Source: Centroscyllium fabricii
Lineage: Eukaryota
Reading direction: 5' to 3'
NCBI GenBank assembly: GCA_051313645.2
Contig: JBNRSN020000118.1
Span: 1,178,001-1,242,000 of the forward strand
Length of the DNA stretch: 64,000 bases
Shown here in pieces: positions 27,580-43,300 of the stretch (within the stretch, counting starts at the first letter, position 1; each line of letters opens with the position of its first letter). The position numbers and the translations under genes were made by a program. The notes below the pieces were generated by a model that worked only from the letters and a program-made list of their open reading frames with translations, was not told where the DNA came from and ran no database searches.

Positions 27580-30500
27580 GTGCACACTGTACAGATGTTC
27601 ATCATGTTGTGGTGCACGCTGTACAGATGTTCACCTTCTTGTGGTGTGCACAGTACAGATGAACGTCATGTTGTGGTGCACACAGTACAGATGTTCCTCA
27701 TGTTGTGGTGCACACTGTACAGATGTTCATCTTATTGTGGTGCACACTGTACATATGTTCATCTTGTTGTGGTGCACACTGTACAGATGTTCATCATGTT
27801 GTGGAGCACACTGTACAGATGTTCACCATGTTGTGGTGCACAATGTACAGACGTTCATCATGTTGTGGTGCACTCTGTACAGATGTTCATCTTGTTGTGG
27901 TGCGCACTGTACAGATGTTCATCTTGTTGTGTTGCACACTGTACAGATGTTTATCTCATTGTGGTGCACACTGTACAGATGTTCATCATGTTGTGGTGCA
28001 CAATGTACAGATGTTCATCTTGTTGTGTTCCACATTGTACAGATGTTCACCATGTTGTGGTGCGCACTGTACAGATGTTCATCTTGTTGTGGTGCACGCT
28101 GTACAGATGTTCATCATGTTGTAGTGCACACTGTGCAGATGTTCATCTTGTTCTGGTGCACACTGTACAGATGTTCATCTTGTTGTGGTGCACATTGTAC
28201 AGATGTTCATCATGTTGTGGTGCATACTGTACAGATGTGCATCTTGTTGTGGTGCACACTGTACAGATGTTCATCATGTTGTGGTGCACACTTTACAGAT
28301 GTTCATCATGCTGTTGTGCACACTGTACAGATGCTCATCTTGTTGTGGTGCAAACTGTACCGATGTACATCATGTTGTGGTACACACTGTACAGATGTTC
28401 ATCATGTTGTGGTTCACACTGTACAGATGTTCATCTTGTTGTGGTGCACACTGTACAGATGTTCATCATGTTGTGGTGCACACTGTACAGATGTTCATCA
28501 TGCTGTAGTGCACACTGTGCAGATGTTCATCTTGTTGTGGTGCACACTGTACAGATGTTCATCTTGTTGTGGTGCACATTGTACAGATGTTCATCATGTT
28601 GTGGTGCATAATGTACAGATGTATATCTTGTTGTGGTGCACACTGTACAGATGTTCATCATGTTGTGGTGCACACTTTACAGATGTTCATCATGCTGTTG
28701 TGCACACTGTACAGATGCTCATCTTGTTGTGGTGCAAACTGTACAGATGTTCATCATGTTGTGGTACACACTGTACAGATGTTCATCAAGTTGTGGTGCA
28801 CACAGTACAGATGTTCTTCATGTTGTGGTGCACACTGTACATATGTTCATCATGTTGCGGTACACACTGTACAGATGTTCATCTTATTGTGGTGCACACT
28901 GTACATATGTTCATCTTGTTGTGGTGCACACTGTACAGATGTTCATCATGTTGTGGCGCACACTGTACAGATGTTCATCATGTTGTGGTGCACAACGTAC
29001 AGACGTTCATCATGTGGTGGTGCACACTGTACAGAAGTTCATCTTGTTGTGTTGCACACTGTACAGATGTTCATCTTGTTGTGGTGCACACTGTACAGAT
29101 GTTCATCATGTTGTGGTGCACATTGTACAGATGTTCATCTTGGTGTGGTTCACCTTGTACAGATGTTCAACATGTTGTGGTGCATACTGTACAGATGTAC
29201 ATCTTGTTGTGGTGCACACTGTACAGATGTTCATCATGTTGTGGTGCACACGTTACAGATGTTCATCATGCTGTTGTGCACACTGTACAGATGCTCATCT
29301 TGTTGTGGTGCAAACTGTACAGATGTTCATCATGTTGTGGTACACACTGTACAGATGTTCATCATGTTGTGGTGCACACTGTACAGATGTTCACCTTGTT
29401 GTGGTGCACACTGTACAGATGATCACCATGTTTTGGTGCACACTGTACAGATGTTCATCATGTTGTGGTACACACTGTACAGATGTTCATTATGTTGTGG
29501 TGCACACTGTACAGATGTTCACCATGTTGTGGTGCACACTGTACAAATGTTCATCTTATTGTGTTGCACACTGTACAGATGTTCATCTTGTTGTGGTGCA
29601 CACTGTACAGATGTTCATCATGTTGTGGTGCACACTGTACAGATGTTCATCTTGTTGTGGTGCACACTGTACAGATGTTCATCATGTTGTGGTGCACATT
29701 GTACAGATGTTCATCTTGTTGTGGTTCACATTGTACAGATGTTCACCATGTTGTGGTGCACACTGTACAGATGTTCATCTTGTTGTGGTGCACACTGTAC
29801 AGATGTTCATCTTGTTGTAGTGCACACTGTGCAGATGTTCATCTTGTTGTGGTGCACACTGTACAGATGTTCATCTTGTTGTGGTGCACATTGTACAGAT
29901 GTTCATCATGTTGTGGTGCATACTGTACAGATGTACATCTTGTTGTGGTGCACACTGTACAGATGTTCATCATGTTGTGGTGCACACTTTACAGATGTTC
30001 ATCATGCTGTTGTGCACACTGTACAGATGCTCATCTTGTTGTGGTGCAAACTGTACAGATGTTCATCATGTTGTGGTACACACTGTACAGATGTTCATCA
30101 TGTTGTGGTGCACACTGTTCAGATGTTCATCTTCTTGTGGTGCACACTGAACAGATGTTAATCATGTTGTGGTGCACACTGTACAGATGTTCATCATGTT
30201 GTGGGACACACTGTGCAGATGTTCATCTTGATGTGGTGCACAATGTACAGATGTTCATCATGTTGTGGTGCACACTTTACAGTTGTTCATCATGCTGTTG
30301 TGCACACTGTACAGATGCTCATCTTGTTGTGGTGCAAACTGTACAGATGTTCATCATGTTGTGGTACACACTGTACAGATGTTCATCATGTTGTGGTGCA
30401 CACAGTACAGATGTTCATCATGTTGTGGTGCACACTGTACAGATGTTCATCATGTTGTGGTACACAATGTACAGATGTTCATCTTATTGTGGTGCACACT

Positions 30501-33200
30501 GTACATATGTTCATCTTGTTGTGGTGCACACTGTACAGATGTTCGTCATGTTGTGGAGCACACTGTACAGGTGTTCATCATGTTGTGGTGCACACTGTAC
30601 AGATGTTCATCATGTTGTGGTGCACACTGTACAGATGTTCATCATGTTGTGGTGCACGCTGTACAGATGTTCACCTTCTTGTGGTGTGCACAGTACAGAT
30701 GAACTTCATGTTGTGGTGCACACTGTACAGATGGTCCTCATGTTGTGGTGCACACTGTACAGATGTTCATCTTATTGTGGTGCACACTGTACATATGTTC
30801 ATCTTGTTGTGGTGCACACTGTACAGATGTTCATCATGTTGTGGAGCACACTGAACAGATGTTCACCATGTTGTGGTGCACAATGTACAGACGTTCATCA
30901 TGTTGTGGTGCACACTGTACAGATGTTCATCTTGTTGTGGTGCGCACTGTACAGATGTTCATCTTGTTGTGTTGCACACTGTACAGATGTTCATCTTATT
31001 GTGGTGCACACTGTACAGATGTTCATCATGTTGTGGTGCACATTGTACAGATTTTCATCTTGTTGTGTTCCACATTGTACAGATGTTCACCATGTTGTGG
31101 TGCGCACTGTACAGATGTTCATCTTGTTGTTGTGCACACTGTACAGATGTTCATCATGTTGTAGTGCACACTGTGCAGATGTTCATCTTGTTGTGGTGCA
31201 CACTGTACAGATGTTCATCTTGTTGTGGTGCACATTGTACAGATGTTCATCATGTTGTGGTGCATACTGTACAGATGTGCATCTTGTTGTGGTGCACACT
31301 GTACAGATGTTCATCATGTTGTGGTGCACACTTTACAGATGTTCATCATGCTGTTGTGCACACTGTACAGATGCTCATACTGTTGTGGTGCAAACTGTAC
31401 AGATGTTCATCATGTTGTGGTACACACTGTACAGATGTTCATCATGTTGTGGTGCACACTGTACAGATGTTCATCTTGTTGTGGTGCACACTGTACAGAT
31501 GTTCATCATGTTGTGGTGCACACTGTACTGATGTTCATCATGTTGTAGTGCACACTGTGCAGATGTTCATCTTGTTGTGGTGCACACTGTACAGATGTTC
31601 ACCTTGTTGTGGTGCACATTGTACAGATGTTCATCATGTTGTGGTGCATAATGTACAGATGTATATCTTGTTGTGGTGCACACTGTACAGATGTTCATCA
31701 TGTTGTGGTGCACACTTTACAGATGTTCATCATGCTGTTGTGCACACTGTACAGATGCTCATCTTGTTGTGGTGCAAACTGTACAGATGTTCATCATGTT
31801 GTGGTACACACTGTACAGATGTTCATCATGTTGTGGTGCACACAGTACAGATGTTTTTCATGTTGTGGTGCACACTGTACAGATGTTCATCATGTTGCGG
31901 TACACACTGTACAGATGTTCATCTTATTGTGGTGCACACTGTACATATGTTCATCTTGTTGTGGTGCACACTGTACAGATGTTCATCATGTTGTGGAGCA
32001 CACTGTACAGATGTTCATCATGTTGTGGTGCACAATGTAGAGACGTTCATCATGTGTTGGTGCACACTGTACAGAAGTTCATCTTGTTGTGTTGCACACT
32101 GTACAGATGTTCATCTTGTTGTGGTGCACACTGTACAGATGTTCATCATGTTGTGGTGCACATTGTACAGATGTTCATCTTGGTGTGGTTCACCTTGTAC
32201 AGATGTTCAACATGTTGTGGTGCATACTGTACAGATGTACATCTTGTTGTGGTGCACACTGTACAGATGTTCATCATGTTGTGGTGCACACTTTACAGAT
32301 GTTCATCATGTTGTGGTACACACTGTACAGATGTTCATCATGTTGTGGTGCACACTGTACAGATGTTCACCTTGTTGTGGTGCACACTGTACAGATGATA
32401 ACCATGTTGTGGTGCACAATGTACAGATGTTCATCATGTTGTGGTACACACTGTACAGATGTTCATTATGTTGTGGTGCACACTGTACAGATGTTCACCA
32501 TGTTGTGGTGCACACTGTACAAATGTTCATCTTATTGTGTTGCACACTGTACAGATGTTCATCTTGTTGTGGTGCGCACTGTACAGATGTTCATCATGTT
32601 GTGGCGCACACTGTACAGATGTTCATCTTGTTGTGGTGCACACTGTACAGATGTTCATCATGTTGTGGTGCACATTGTACAGATGTTCATCTTGTTGTGG
32701 TTCACATTGTACAGATGTTCACCATGTTGTGGTGCACACTGTACAGATGTTCATCTTGTTGTGGTGCACACTGTACAGATGTTCATCATGTTGTAGTGCA
32801 CACTGTGCAGATGTTCATCTTGTTGTGGTGCACACTGTACAGATGTTCATCTTGTTGTGGTGCACATTGTACAGATGTTCATCATGTTGTGGTGCATACT
32901 GTACAGATATACATCTTGTTGTGGTGCACACTGTACAGATGTTCATCATGTTGTGGTGCACACTTTACAGATGTTCATCATGCTGTTGTGCACACTGTAC
33001 AGATGCTCATCTTGTTGTGGTGCGAACTGTACAGATGTTCATCATGTTGTGGTAAACACTGTACAGATGTTCATCATGTTGTGGTGCACACTGTTCAGAT
33101 GTTCATCTTCTTGTGGTGCACACTGAACAGATGTTAGTCATGTTGTGGTGCACACTGTACAGATGTTCATCATGTTGTGGGACACACTGTACAGATGTTC
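27580..33200 (+). repeat. Near-tandem duplication, offset 3040 bp (95 monomers) shifting to 2976 bp (93 monomers)
   Basis: ORF pairs 27705/30745 and 28569/31609 give offset 3040; pair 29881/32857 gives 2976. Private variants GCATAATG and TTCACCTTGTAC are shared. Confidence 0.88.
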
Positions 33201-36200
33201 ATCATGTTGTAGTGCACACTGTGCAGATGTTCATCTTGTTGTGGTGCACAATGTACAGATGTTCATCATGTTGTGGTGCACACTTTACAGTTGTTCATCA
33301 TGCTGTTGTGCACACTGTACTGATGCTCATCTTGTTGTGGTGCAAACTGTACAGATGTTCATCATGTTGTGGTGCACACTGTACAGATGTTCATCATGTT
33401 GTGGTGCACACTGTACAGATGTTCATCATGTTGTGGAGCACACTGTACAGATGTTCATCATGTTGTGGTTCACAATGTACAGACGTTCATCATGCTGTGG
33501 TGCACACTGTACTGATGTTCAACTTGTTGTGGTGCGCACTGTACAGATGTTCATCTTGTTGTGTTGCACACTGTACAGATGTTCATCTTGTTGTGGTGCA
33601 CACTGTACAGATGTTCATCATGTTGTGGTGCACATTGTACAGATGTTCATCTTGTTGTGGTTCACATTGTACAGATGTTCACCATGTTGTGGTGCACACT
33701 GTACAGATGTTCATCTTGTTGTGGTGCACACTGTACAGATGTTCATCATGTTGTAGTGCACACTGTGCAGATGTTCATCTTGTTGTGGTGCACACTGTAC
33801 AGATGTTCACCTTGTTGTGGTGCACATTGTACAGATGTTCATCATGTTGTGGTGCATACTGTACAGATGTACATCTTGTTGTGGTGCACACTGTACAGAT
33901 GTTCATCATGTTGTGGTGCACACTTTACCGATGTTCATCATGCTGTTGTGCACACTGTACAGATGCTCATCTTGTTGTGGTGCAAACTGTACAGATGTTC
34001 ATCATGTTGTGGTACACACTGTACAGATGTTCATCATGTTGTGGTGCACACTGTACAGATGTTCACCTTGTTGTGGTGCACACTGTACAGATGTTCATCA
34101 TGTTGTGGTGCACACTGTACAGATGTTCATCATGTTGTGGTACACACTGTACAGATGTTCATCATGTTGTGGTGCACACTGTACAGATGTTCATCATGTT
34201 GTGGTGCACACTGTACAAATGTTCATCTTATTGTGTTGCACACTGTACAGATGTTCATCTTGTTGTGGTGCACACTGTACAGATGTTCAACATGTTGTGG
34301 TGCACACTGTACAGATGTTCATCATGTTGTGGTGCACACTGTACAGATGTTCATCTTGTTGTGGTGCACACTGTACAGATGTTCATCATGTTGTGGTGCA
34401 CACTGTACAGATGTTCATCATATTGTGGTACACACTGTACAGATGTTCATCATGTTGTGGTGCACACTGTACAGATGTTCATCATGTTGTGGTGCACACT
34501 GTACAAATGTTCATCTTATTGTGTTGCACACTGTACAGATGTTCATCTTGTTGTGGTGCACACTGTACAGATGTTCATCATGTTGTGTTGCACACTGTAC
34601 AGATGTTCATCTTGTTGTGGTGTACACTGTACAGTTGTTCATCTTGTTGTGGTGCACACTGTACAGATGTTCATCATATTGTGGTGCACACTGTACAGAT
34701 GTTCATCTTGTTGTGGTGCACACTGTACTGATGTTCATCATGTTGTGGTGCACACTGTACAGATGTTCATCCTGTTGTGGTGCACAATGTACAGATGCTA
34801 ATCTTGTTGTGGTGCACACTGTACAGATGTTCAACATGTTGTGGTGCACACTGTACAGATGTTCATCATGTTGTGGTGCACACTGAACAGATGTTCATCA
34901 TGTTGTGGTGCACACTGTACAGATGTTCATCATGTTGTGGTGCACACTGTACAGATGTTCATCATGTTGTTGTGCACAATGTACAGATTTTCATCTTGTT
35001 GTGGTGCACACTGTACAGATGTTCATCATGTTGTGGTGCACATTGTACAGATGTTCATCATGTTGTGTTGCACACTGTACAGATGTTCATCATGTTGTGG
35101 TGCACACTGTACAGATGTTCATCATGTTGTGGTGCACACTGTAGAGATGTTCTTCTTGTTGTGGTGCACACTGTACAGATGTTCATCATGTTGTGGTGCA
35201 CACTGTACAGATGTTCATCATGTTGTGTTGCACACTGTACAGATGTTCATCATATTGTGGTGCACACTGTACAGATGTTCATCATGTTGTGGTGCACACT
35301 GTACAAATGTTCATCTTATTGTGTTGCACACTGTACAGATGTTCATCATGTTGTGGTGCACACTGTACAGATGTTCATCTTGTTGTGGTGCACACTGTAC
35401 AGATGTTCATCTTGTTGTGGTGCACACTGTACAGATGTTCATCATGTTGTAGTGCACACTGTGCAGATGTTCATCTTGTTGTGGTGCACACTGTACAGAT
35501 GTTCATCTTGTTGTGGTGCACATTGTACAGAAGTTCATCATGTTGTGGTGCATACTGTACAGATGTACATCTTGTTGTGGTGCACACTGTACAGTTGTGC
35601 ATCATGTTGTGGTGCACACTTTACAGATGTTCATCATGCTGTTGTGCACACTGTACAGATGCTCATCTTGTTGTGGTGCAAACTGTACAGATGTTCATCA
35701 TGTTGTGGTACACACTGTACAGATGTTCATCATGTTGTGGTGCACACTGTACAGATGTTCATCTTTTTGGTGTGCACACTGTACAGATGTTCATCATGTT
35801 AAATGCACACTGTACAGATGTTCATCATTTTGTAGTGCACACTGTGCAGATGTTCATCTTGTTGTGGTGCACACTGTACAGATGTTCATCTTGTTGTGGT
35901 GCACATTGTACAGATGTTCATCATGTTGTGGTGCATATTGTACAGATGTACATCTTGTTGTGGTGCACACTGTACAGATGTTCATCATGTTGTGGTGCAC
36001 ACTATACAGATGTTCATCATGCTGTTGTGCACACTGTACAGATGCTCATCTTGTTGTGGTGCAAACTGTACAGATGTTCATCATGTTGTGGTACACACTG
36101 TACAGATGTTCATCATGTTGTGGTGCACACAGTACAGATGTTCATCATGTTGTGGTGCACACTGTACAGATGTTCATCATGTTGTGGTACACACTGTACA

Positions 36201-37399
36201 GATGTTCATCTTATTGTGGTGCACACTGTACATGTGTTCATCTTGTTGTGGTGCACACTGTACAGATGTTCATCATGTTGTGGAGCACACTGTACAGATG
36301 TTCATCATGTTGTGGTGCACAATGTACAGACGTTCATCATGTTGTGGTGCACACTGTACAGATGTTCATCTTGTTGTGGTGCGCACTGTGCAGATGTTCA
36401 TCTTGTTGTGTTGCACACTGTACAGATGTTCATCTTGTTGTGGTGCACACTGTACAGATGATCATCATGTTGTGGTGCACATTTTACAGATGTTGATCTT
36501 GTTGTGTTTCACATTGTACAGATGTTCACCATGTTGTGGTGCACACTGTACAGATGTTCATCCTGTTGTGGTGCACACTGTACAGATGTTCATCATGTTG
36601 TAGTGCACACTGTGCAGATGTTCATCTTGTTGTGGTGCACACTGTACAGATGTTCATCTTGTTGTGGTGCACATTGTACAGATGTTCATCATGTTGTGGT
36701 GCATACTGTACAGATGTACATCTTGTTCTGGTGCACACTGTACAGATGTTCATCATCTTGTGGTGCACACTTTACAGATGTTCATCATGCTGTTGTGCAC
36801 ACTGTACAGATGCTCATCTTGTTGTGGTGCAAACTGTACAGATGTTCGTCATGTTGTGGTACACACTGTACAGATGTTCATCATGTTGTGGTGCACACTG
36901 TACAGGTGTTCACCTTGTTGTGGTGCACACTGTACAGATGTTCATCATGTTGTGCTGCACACTTTACAGATGTTCATCATGTTGTGGTACACACTGTACA
37001 GATGTTCATCATGTTGTGGTGCACACTGTACAGATGTTCATCATGTTGTGGTGCACACTGTACAAATGTTCATCTTATTGTGTTGCACACTGTACAGATG
37101 TTCATCTTGTTGTGGTGCACACTGTACAGATGTTCATCTTGTTGTGGTGCACACTGTACAGATGTTCACCTTGTTGTGGTGCACACTTTACAGATGTTCA
37201 TCATGCTGTTGTTCTCACTGTACAGATGCTCATCTTGTTGTGGTGCAAACTGTACAGATGTTCATCATGTTGTGGTACACACTGTACAGATGTTCATCAT
37301 GTTGTGGTGCACACTTTATAGATGTTCATCTTGTTGTGGTGCACACTGTACAGATGTTCATCATGTTGTGGTGCACACTGTACAGATGTTCATCATGTT

Positions 37400-40300
37400 G
37401 TGGTACACACTGTACAGATGTTCATCATGTTGTGGTGCACACTTTACAGATGTTCATCATGTTGTGGTGCACACTGTACAAATGTTCATCTTATTGTGTT
37501 GCACACTGTACAGATGTTCATCTTGTTGTGGTGCACTCTGTACAGATGTTCATCATGTTGCGGTGCACACTTTACAGATGTTCATCTTGTTGTGGTGCAC
37601 ACTGTACAGATGTTCATCTTGTTGTGGTGCACACTGTACAGGTGTTCATCATATTGTGGTGCACACTCTACAGATGTTCATCTTGTTGTGGAGAACACTG
37701 TACAGATGTTCATCATGTTGTGGTTCACACTGTACAGATATTCATCATGTTGTGGTGCACATTGTTCAGATGTTCATCATGTTGTGGTGCACACTGTACA
37801 GATGTTCATCATGTTGTGGTGCACACTGTACAGATGTTCATCATGTTGTGGTGCACAATGTACAGATGTTAATCTTGTTGTGGTGCACACTGTACAGATG
37901 TTCATCATGTTGTGGTGCACACTGTACAGATGTTCATCTTGTTGTGGTGCACACTGTACAGATGTTCATCATGTTGTAGTGCACACTGTGCAGATGTTCA
38001 TCTTGTTGTGGTGCACACTGTACAGATGTTCATCTTGTTGTGGTGCACATTGTACAGATGTTCATCATGTTGTGGTGCATACTGTACAGATGTACATCTT
38101 GTTGTGGTGCACACTGTACCGATGTTCATCATGTTGTGGTGCACACTTTACAGATGTTCATCATGCTGTTGTGCACACTGTACAGATGCTCATCTTGTAG
38201 TGGTGCAAACTGTACAGATGTTCATCATGTTGTGGTACACACTGTACAGATGTTCATCATGTTGTGGTGCACACTGTTCAGATGTTCATCTTCTTGTGGT
38301 GCACACTGAACAGATGTTAATCATGTTGTGGTGCACACTGTACAGATGTTCATCATGTTGTGGTACACACTGTACAGATGTTCATCATGTTGTAGTGCAC
38401 ACTGTGCAGATGTTCATCTTGTTGTGGTGCACAATGTACAGATGTTCATCATGTTGTGGTGCACACTTTACAGTTGTTCATCATGCTGTTGTGCACACTG
38501 TACAGATGCTCATCTTGTTGTGGTGCAAACTGTACAGATGTTCATCATGTTGTGGTACACACTGTACAGATGTTCATCATGTTGTGGTGCACACAGTACA
38601 GATGTTCATCATGTTGTGGTGCACACTGTACAGATGTTCATCATGATGTGGTGCACACTGTACAGATGTTCATCATGTTGTGGTGCACACTGTACAGATG
38701 TTCATCTTGTTGTGGAGCACACTGTACAGATATTCATCATGTTGTGGTGCACACTGTACAGATGTTCATCATGTTGTGGTACACACTGTACATATGTTCA
38801 TCATGTTGTGGTGCACACTGTACAGTAGTTCATCATGTTGTGGTGCACACTGTACAAATGTTCATCTTATTGTGTTGCACACTGTACAGATGTTCATCTT
38901 GTTGTGGTGCACACTGTACAGATGTTCATCATGTTGTGGTGCACACTTTACAGATGTTCATCTTGTTGTGGTGCACACTGTACAAATGTTCATCTTGTTG
39001 TGGTGCACACTGTACAGGTGTTCATCATATTGTGGTGCACACTGTACAGATGTTCATCTTGTTGTGGAGAACACTGTACAGATGTTCATCATGTTGTGGT
39101 GCACACTGTACGGATGTTCATCATGTTGTGGTGCACACTGTACAGATGTTCATCATGTTGTGGTTAACACTGTACAGATATTCATCATGTTGTGGTGCAC
39201 ATTGTTCAGATGTTCATCATGTTGTGGTGCACACTGTACAGATGTTCATCATGTTGTGGTGCACACTGTACAGATGTTCATCATGTTGTGGTGCACAATG
39301 TACAGATGTTCATCTTGTTGTGGTGCACACTGTACAGATGTTCATCATGTTGTGGTGCACACTGTACAGATGTTCATCTTGTTGTGGTGCACACTGTACA
39401 GATGTTCATCATGTTGTAGTGCACATTGTGCAGATGTTCATCTTGTTGTGGTGCACACTGTACAGATGTTCATCTTGTTGTGGTGCACATTGTACAGATG
39501 TTCATCATGTTGTGGTGCATACTGTACAGATGTACATCTTGTTGTGGTGCACACTGTACAGATGTTCATCATGTTGTGGTGCACACTTTACAGATGTTCA
39601 TCATGCTGTTGTGCACACTGTACAGATGCTCATCTTGTAGTGGTGCAAACTGTACAGATGTTCATCATGCTGTGGTACACACTGTACAGATGTTCATCAT
39701 GTTGTGGTGCACACTGTTCAGATGTTCATCTTCTTGTGGTGCACACTGAACAGATGTTAATCATGTTGTGGTGCACACTGTACAGATGTTCATCATGTTG
39801 TGGTACACACTGTACAGATGTTCATCATGTTGTAGTGCACACTGTGCAGATGTTCATCTTGTTGTGGTGCACAATGTACAGATGTTCATCATGTTGTGGT
39901 GCACACTTTACAGTTGTTCATCATGCTGTTGTGCACACTGTACAGATGCTCATCTTGTTGTGGTGCAAACTGTACAGATGTTCATCATGTTGAGGTACAC
40001 ACTGTACAGATGTTCATCATGCTGTGGTGCACACAGTACAGATGTTCATCATGTTGTGGTGCACACTGTACAGATGTTCATCATGTTGTGGTACACAATG
40101 TACAGATGTTCATCTTATTGTGGTGCACACTGTACATATGTTCATCTTGTTGTGGTGCACACTGTACAGATGTTCATCATGTTGTGGAGCACACTGTACA
40201 GATGTTCATCATGTTGTGGTGCACAATGTACAGACGTTCATCATGCTGTGGTGCACACTGTACTGATGTTCATCTTGTTGTGGTGCGCACTGTACAGATG

Positions 40301-43300
40301 TTCATCTTGTTGTGTTGTACACTGTACAGATGTTCATCTTGTTGTGGTGCACACTGTACAGATGTTCATCATGTTGTGGTGCACATTGTACAGATGTTCA
40401 TCTTGTTGTGGTTCACATTGTACAGATGTTCACCATGTTGTGGTGCACACTGTACAGATGTTCATCTTGTTGTGGTGCACACTGTACAGATGTTCATCAT
40501 GTTGTAGTGCACACTGTGCAGATGTTCATCGTGTTGTGGTGCACACTGTACAGATGTTCATCTTGTTGTGGTGCACATTGTACAGATGTTCATCATGTTG
40601 TGGTGCATACTGTACAGATGTACATCTTGTTGTGGTGCACACTGTACAGATGTTCATCATGTTGTGGTGCAGACTTTACCGATGTTCATCATGCTGTTGT
40701 GCACACTGTACAGATGCTCATCTTGTTGTGGTGCAAACTGTACAGATGTTCATCATGTTGTGGTACACACTGTACAGATGTTCATCATGTTGTGGTGCAC
40801 ACTGTACAGATGTTCATCTTGTTGTGGTGCACACTGTGCAGATGTTCATCATGTTGTGGTGCACACTGTACAGATTTTCATCATGTTGTGGTACACACTG
40901 TACAGATGTTCATCATGTTGTGGTGCACACTGTACAGATGTTCATCATGTTGTGGTGCACACTGTACAAATGTTCATCTTATTGTGTTGCACACTGTACC
41001 GATGTTCATCTTGTTGTGGTGCACACTGTACAGATGTTCATCATGTTGTGGTGCACACTGTACAGATGTTCATCTTGTTGTGGTGCACACTGTACAGATG
41101 TTCATCTTGTTGTGGTGCACACTGTACAGGTGTTCATCATATTGTGGTGCACACTGTACAGATGTTCATCTTGTTGTGGAGAACACTGTACAGATGTTCA
41201 TCATGTTGTGGTGCACACTGTACAGATGTTCATCATGTTGTGGTGCACACTGTACAGATGTTCATCATGTTGTGGTTCACACTGTACAGATAGTCATCAT
41301 GTTGTTGTGAACATTGTTCAGATGTTCATCATGTTGTGGTGCACAATGTACAGATGTTCATCATGTTGTGGTGCACACTGTACAGATGTTCATCATGTTG
41401 TGGTGCACAATGTACAGATGTTCATCTTGTTGTGGTGCACACTGTACAGATGTTCATCATGTTGTGGTGCACACTGTACAGATGTTCATCTTGTTGTGGT
41501 GCACACTGTACAGATGTTCATCATGTTGTAGTGCACACTGTGCAGATGTTCGTCTTGTTGTGGTGCACACTGTACAATGTTCATCTTGTTGTGGTGCACA
41601 TTGTACAGATGTTCATCATGTTGTGGTGCATACTGTACAGATGTACATCTTGTTGTGGTGCACACTGTACAGATGTTCATCATGTTGTGGTGCACACTTT
41701 ACAGATGTTCATCATGCTGTTGTGCACACTGTACAGATGCTCATCTTGTTGTGGTGCAAACTGTACAGATGTTCATCATGTTGTGGTACACACTGTACAG
41801 ATGTTCATCATGTTGTGGTGCACACTGTTCAGATGTTCATCTTCTTGTGGTGCACACTGAACAGATGTTAATCATGTTGTGGTGCACACTGTACAGATGT
41901 TCATCATGTTGTGGTACACACTGTACAGATGTTCATCATGTTGTAGTGCACACTGTGCAGATGTTCATCTTGTTGTGGTGCACAATGTACAGATGTTCAT
42001 CATGTTGTGGTGCACACTTTACAGTTGTTCATCATGCTGTTGTGCACACTGTACAGATGCTCATCTTGTTGTGGTGCAAACTGTACAGATGTTCATCATG
42101 TTGTGGTACACACTGTACAGATGTTCATCATGTTGTGGTGCACACAGTACAGATGTTCATCATGTTGTGGTGCCCACTGTACAGATGTTCATCATGTTGT
42201 GGTACACAATGTACAGATGGTCATCTTGTTGTGGTGCACACTGTACATATGTTCATCTTGTTGTGGTGCACACTGTACAGATGTTCATCATGTTGTGGAG
42301 CACACTGTACAGATGTTCATCATGTTGTGGTGCACAATGTACAGACGTTCATCAAGCTGTGGTGCACACTGTACTGATGTTCATCTTGTTGTGGTGCGCA
42401 CTGTACAGATGTTCATCTTGTTGTGTTGTACACTGTACATATGTTCATCTTGTTGTGGTGCACACTGTACAGATGTTCATCATGTTGTGGTGCACATTGT
42501 ACAGATGTTCATCTTGTTGTGGTTCACATTGTACAGATGTTCACCATGTTGTGGTGCACACTGTACAGATGTTCATCTTGTTGTGGTGCACACTGTACAG
42601 ATGTTCATCATGTTGTAGTGCACACTGTGCAGATGTTCATCTTGTTGTGGTGCACACTGTACAGATGTTCATCTTGTTGTGGTGCACATTGTACAGATGT
42701 TCATCATGTTGTGGTGCATACTGTACAGATGTACATCTTGTTGTGGTGCACACTGTACAGATGTTCATCATGTTGTGGTGCACACTTTACCGATGTTCAT
42801 CATGCTGTTGTGCACACTGTACAGATGCTCATCTTGTTGTGGTGCAAACTGTACAGATGTTCATCATGTTGTGGTACACACTGTACAGATGTTCATCATG
42901 TTGTGGTGCACACTGTACAGATGTTCACCTTGTTGTGGTGCACACTGTACAGATGTTCATCATGTTGTGGTGCACACTGTACAGATGTTCATCATGTTGT
43001 GGTACACACTGTACAGATGTTCATCATGTTGTGGTGCACACTGTACAGATGTTCATCATGTTGTGGTGCACACTGTACAAATGTTCATCTTATTGTGTTG
43101 CACACTGTACAGATGTTCATCTTGTTGTGGTGCACACTGTACAGATGTTCAACATGTTGTGGTGCACACTGTACAGATGTTCATCATGTTGTGGTGCACA
43201 CTGTTCAGATGTTCATCTTCTTGTGGTGCACACTGAACAGATGTTCATCATGTTGTGGTGCACACTGTACAGATGTTCATCATGTTGTGGTACACACTGT

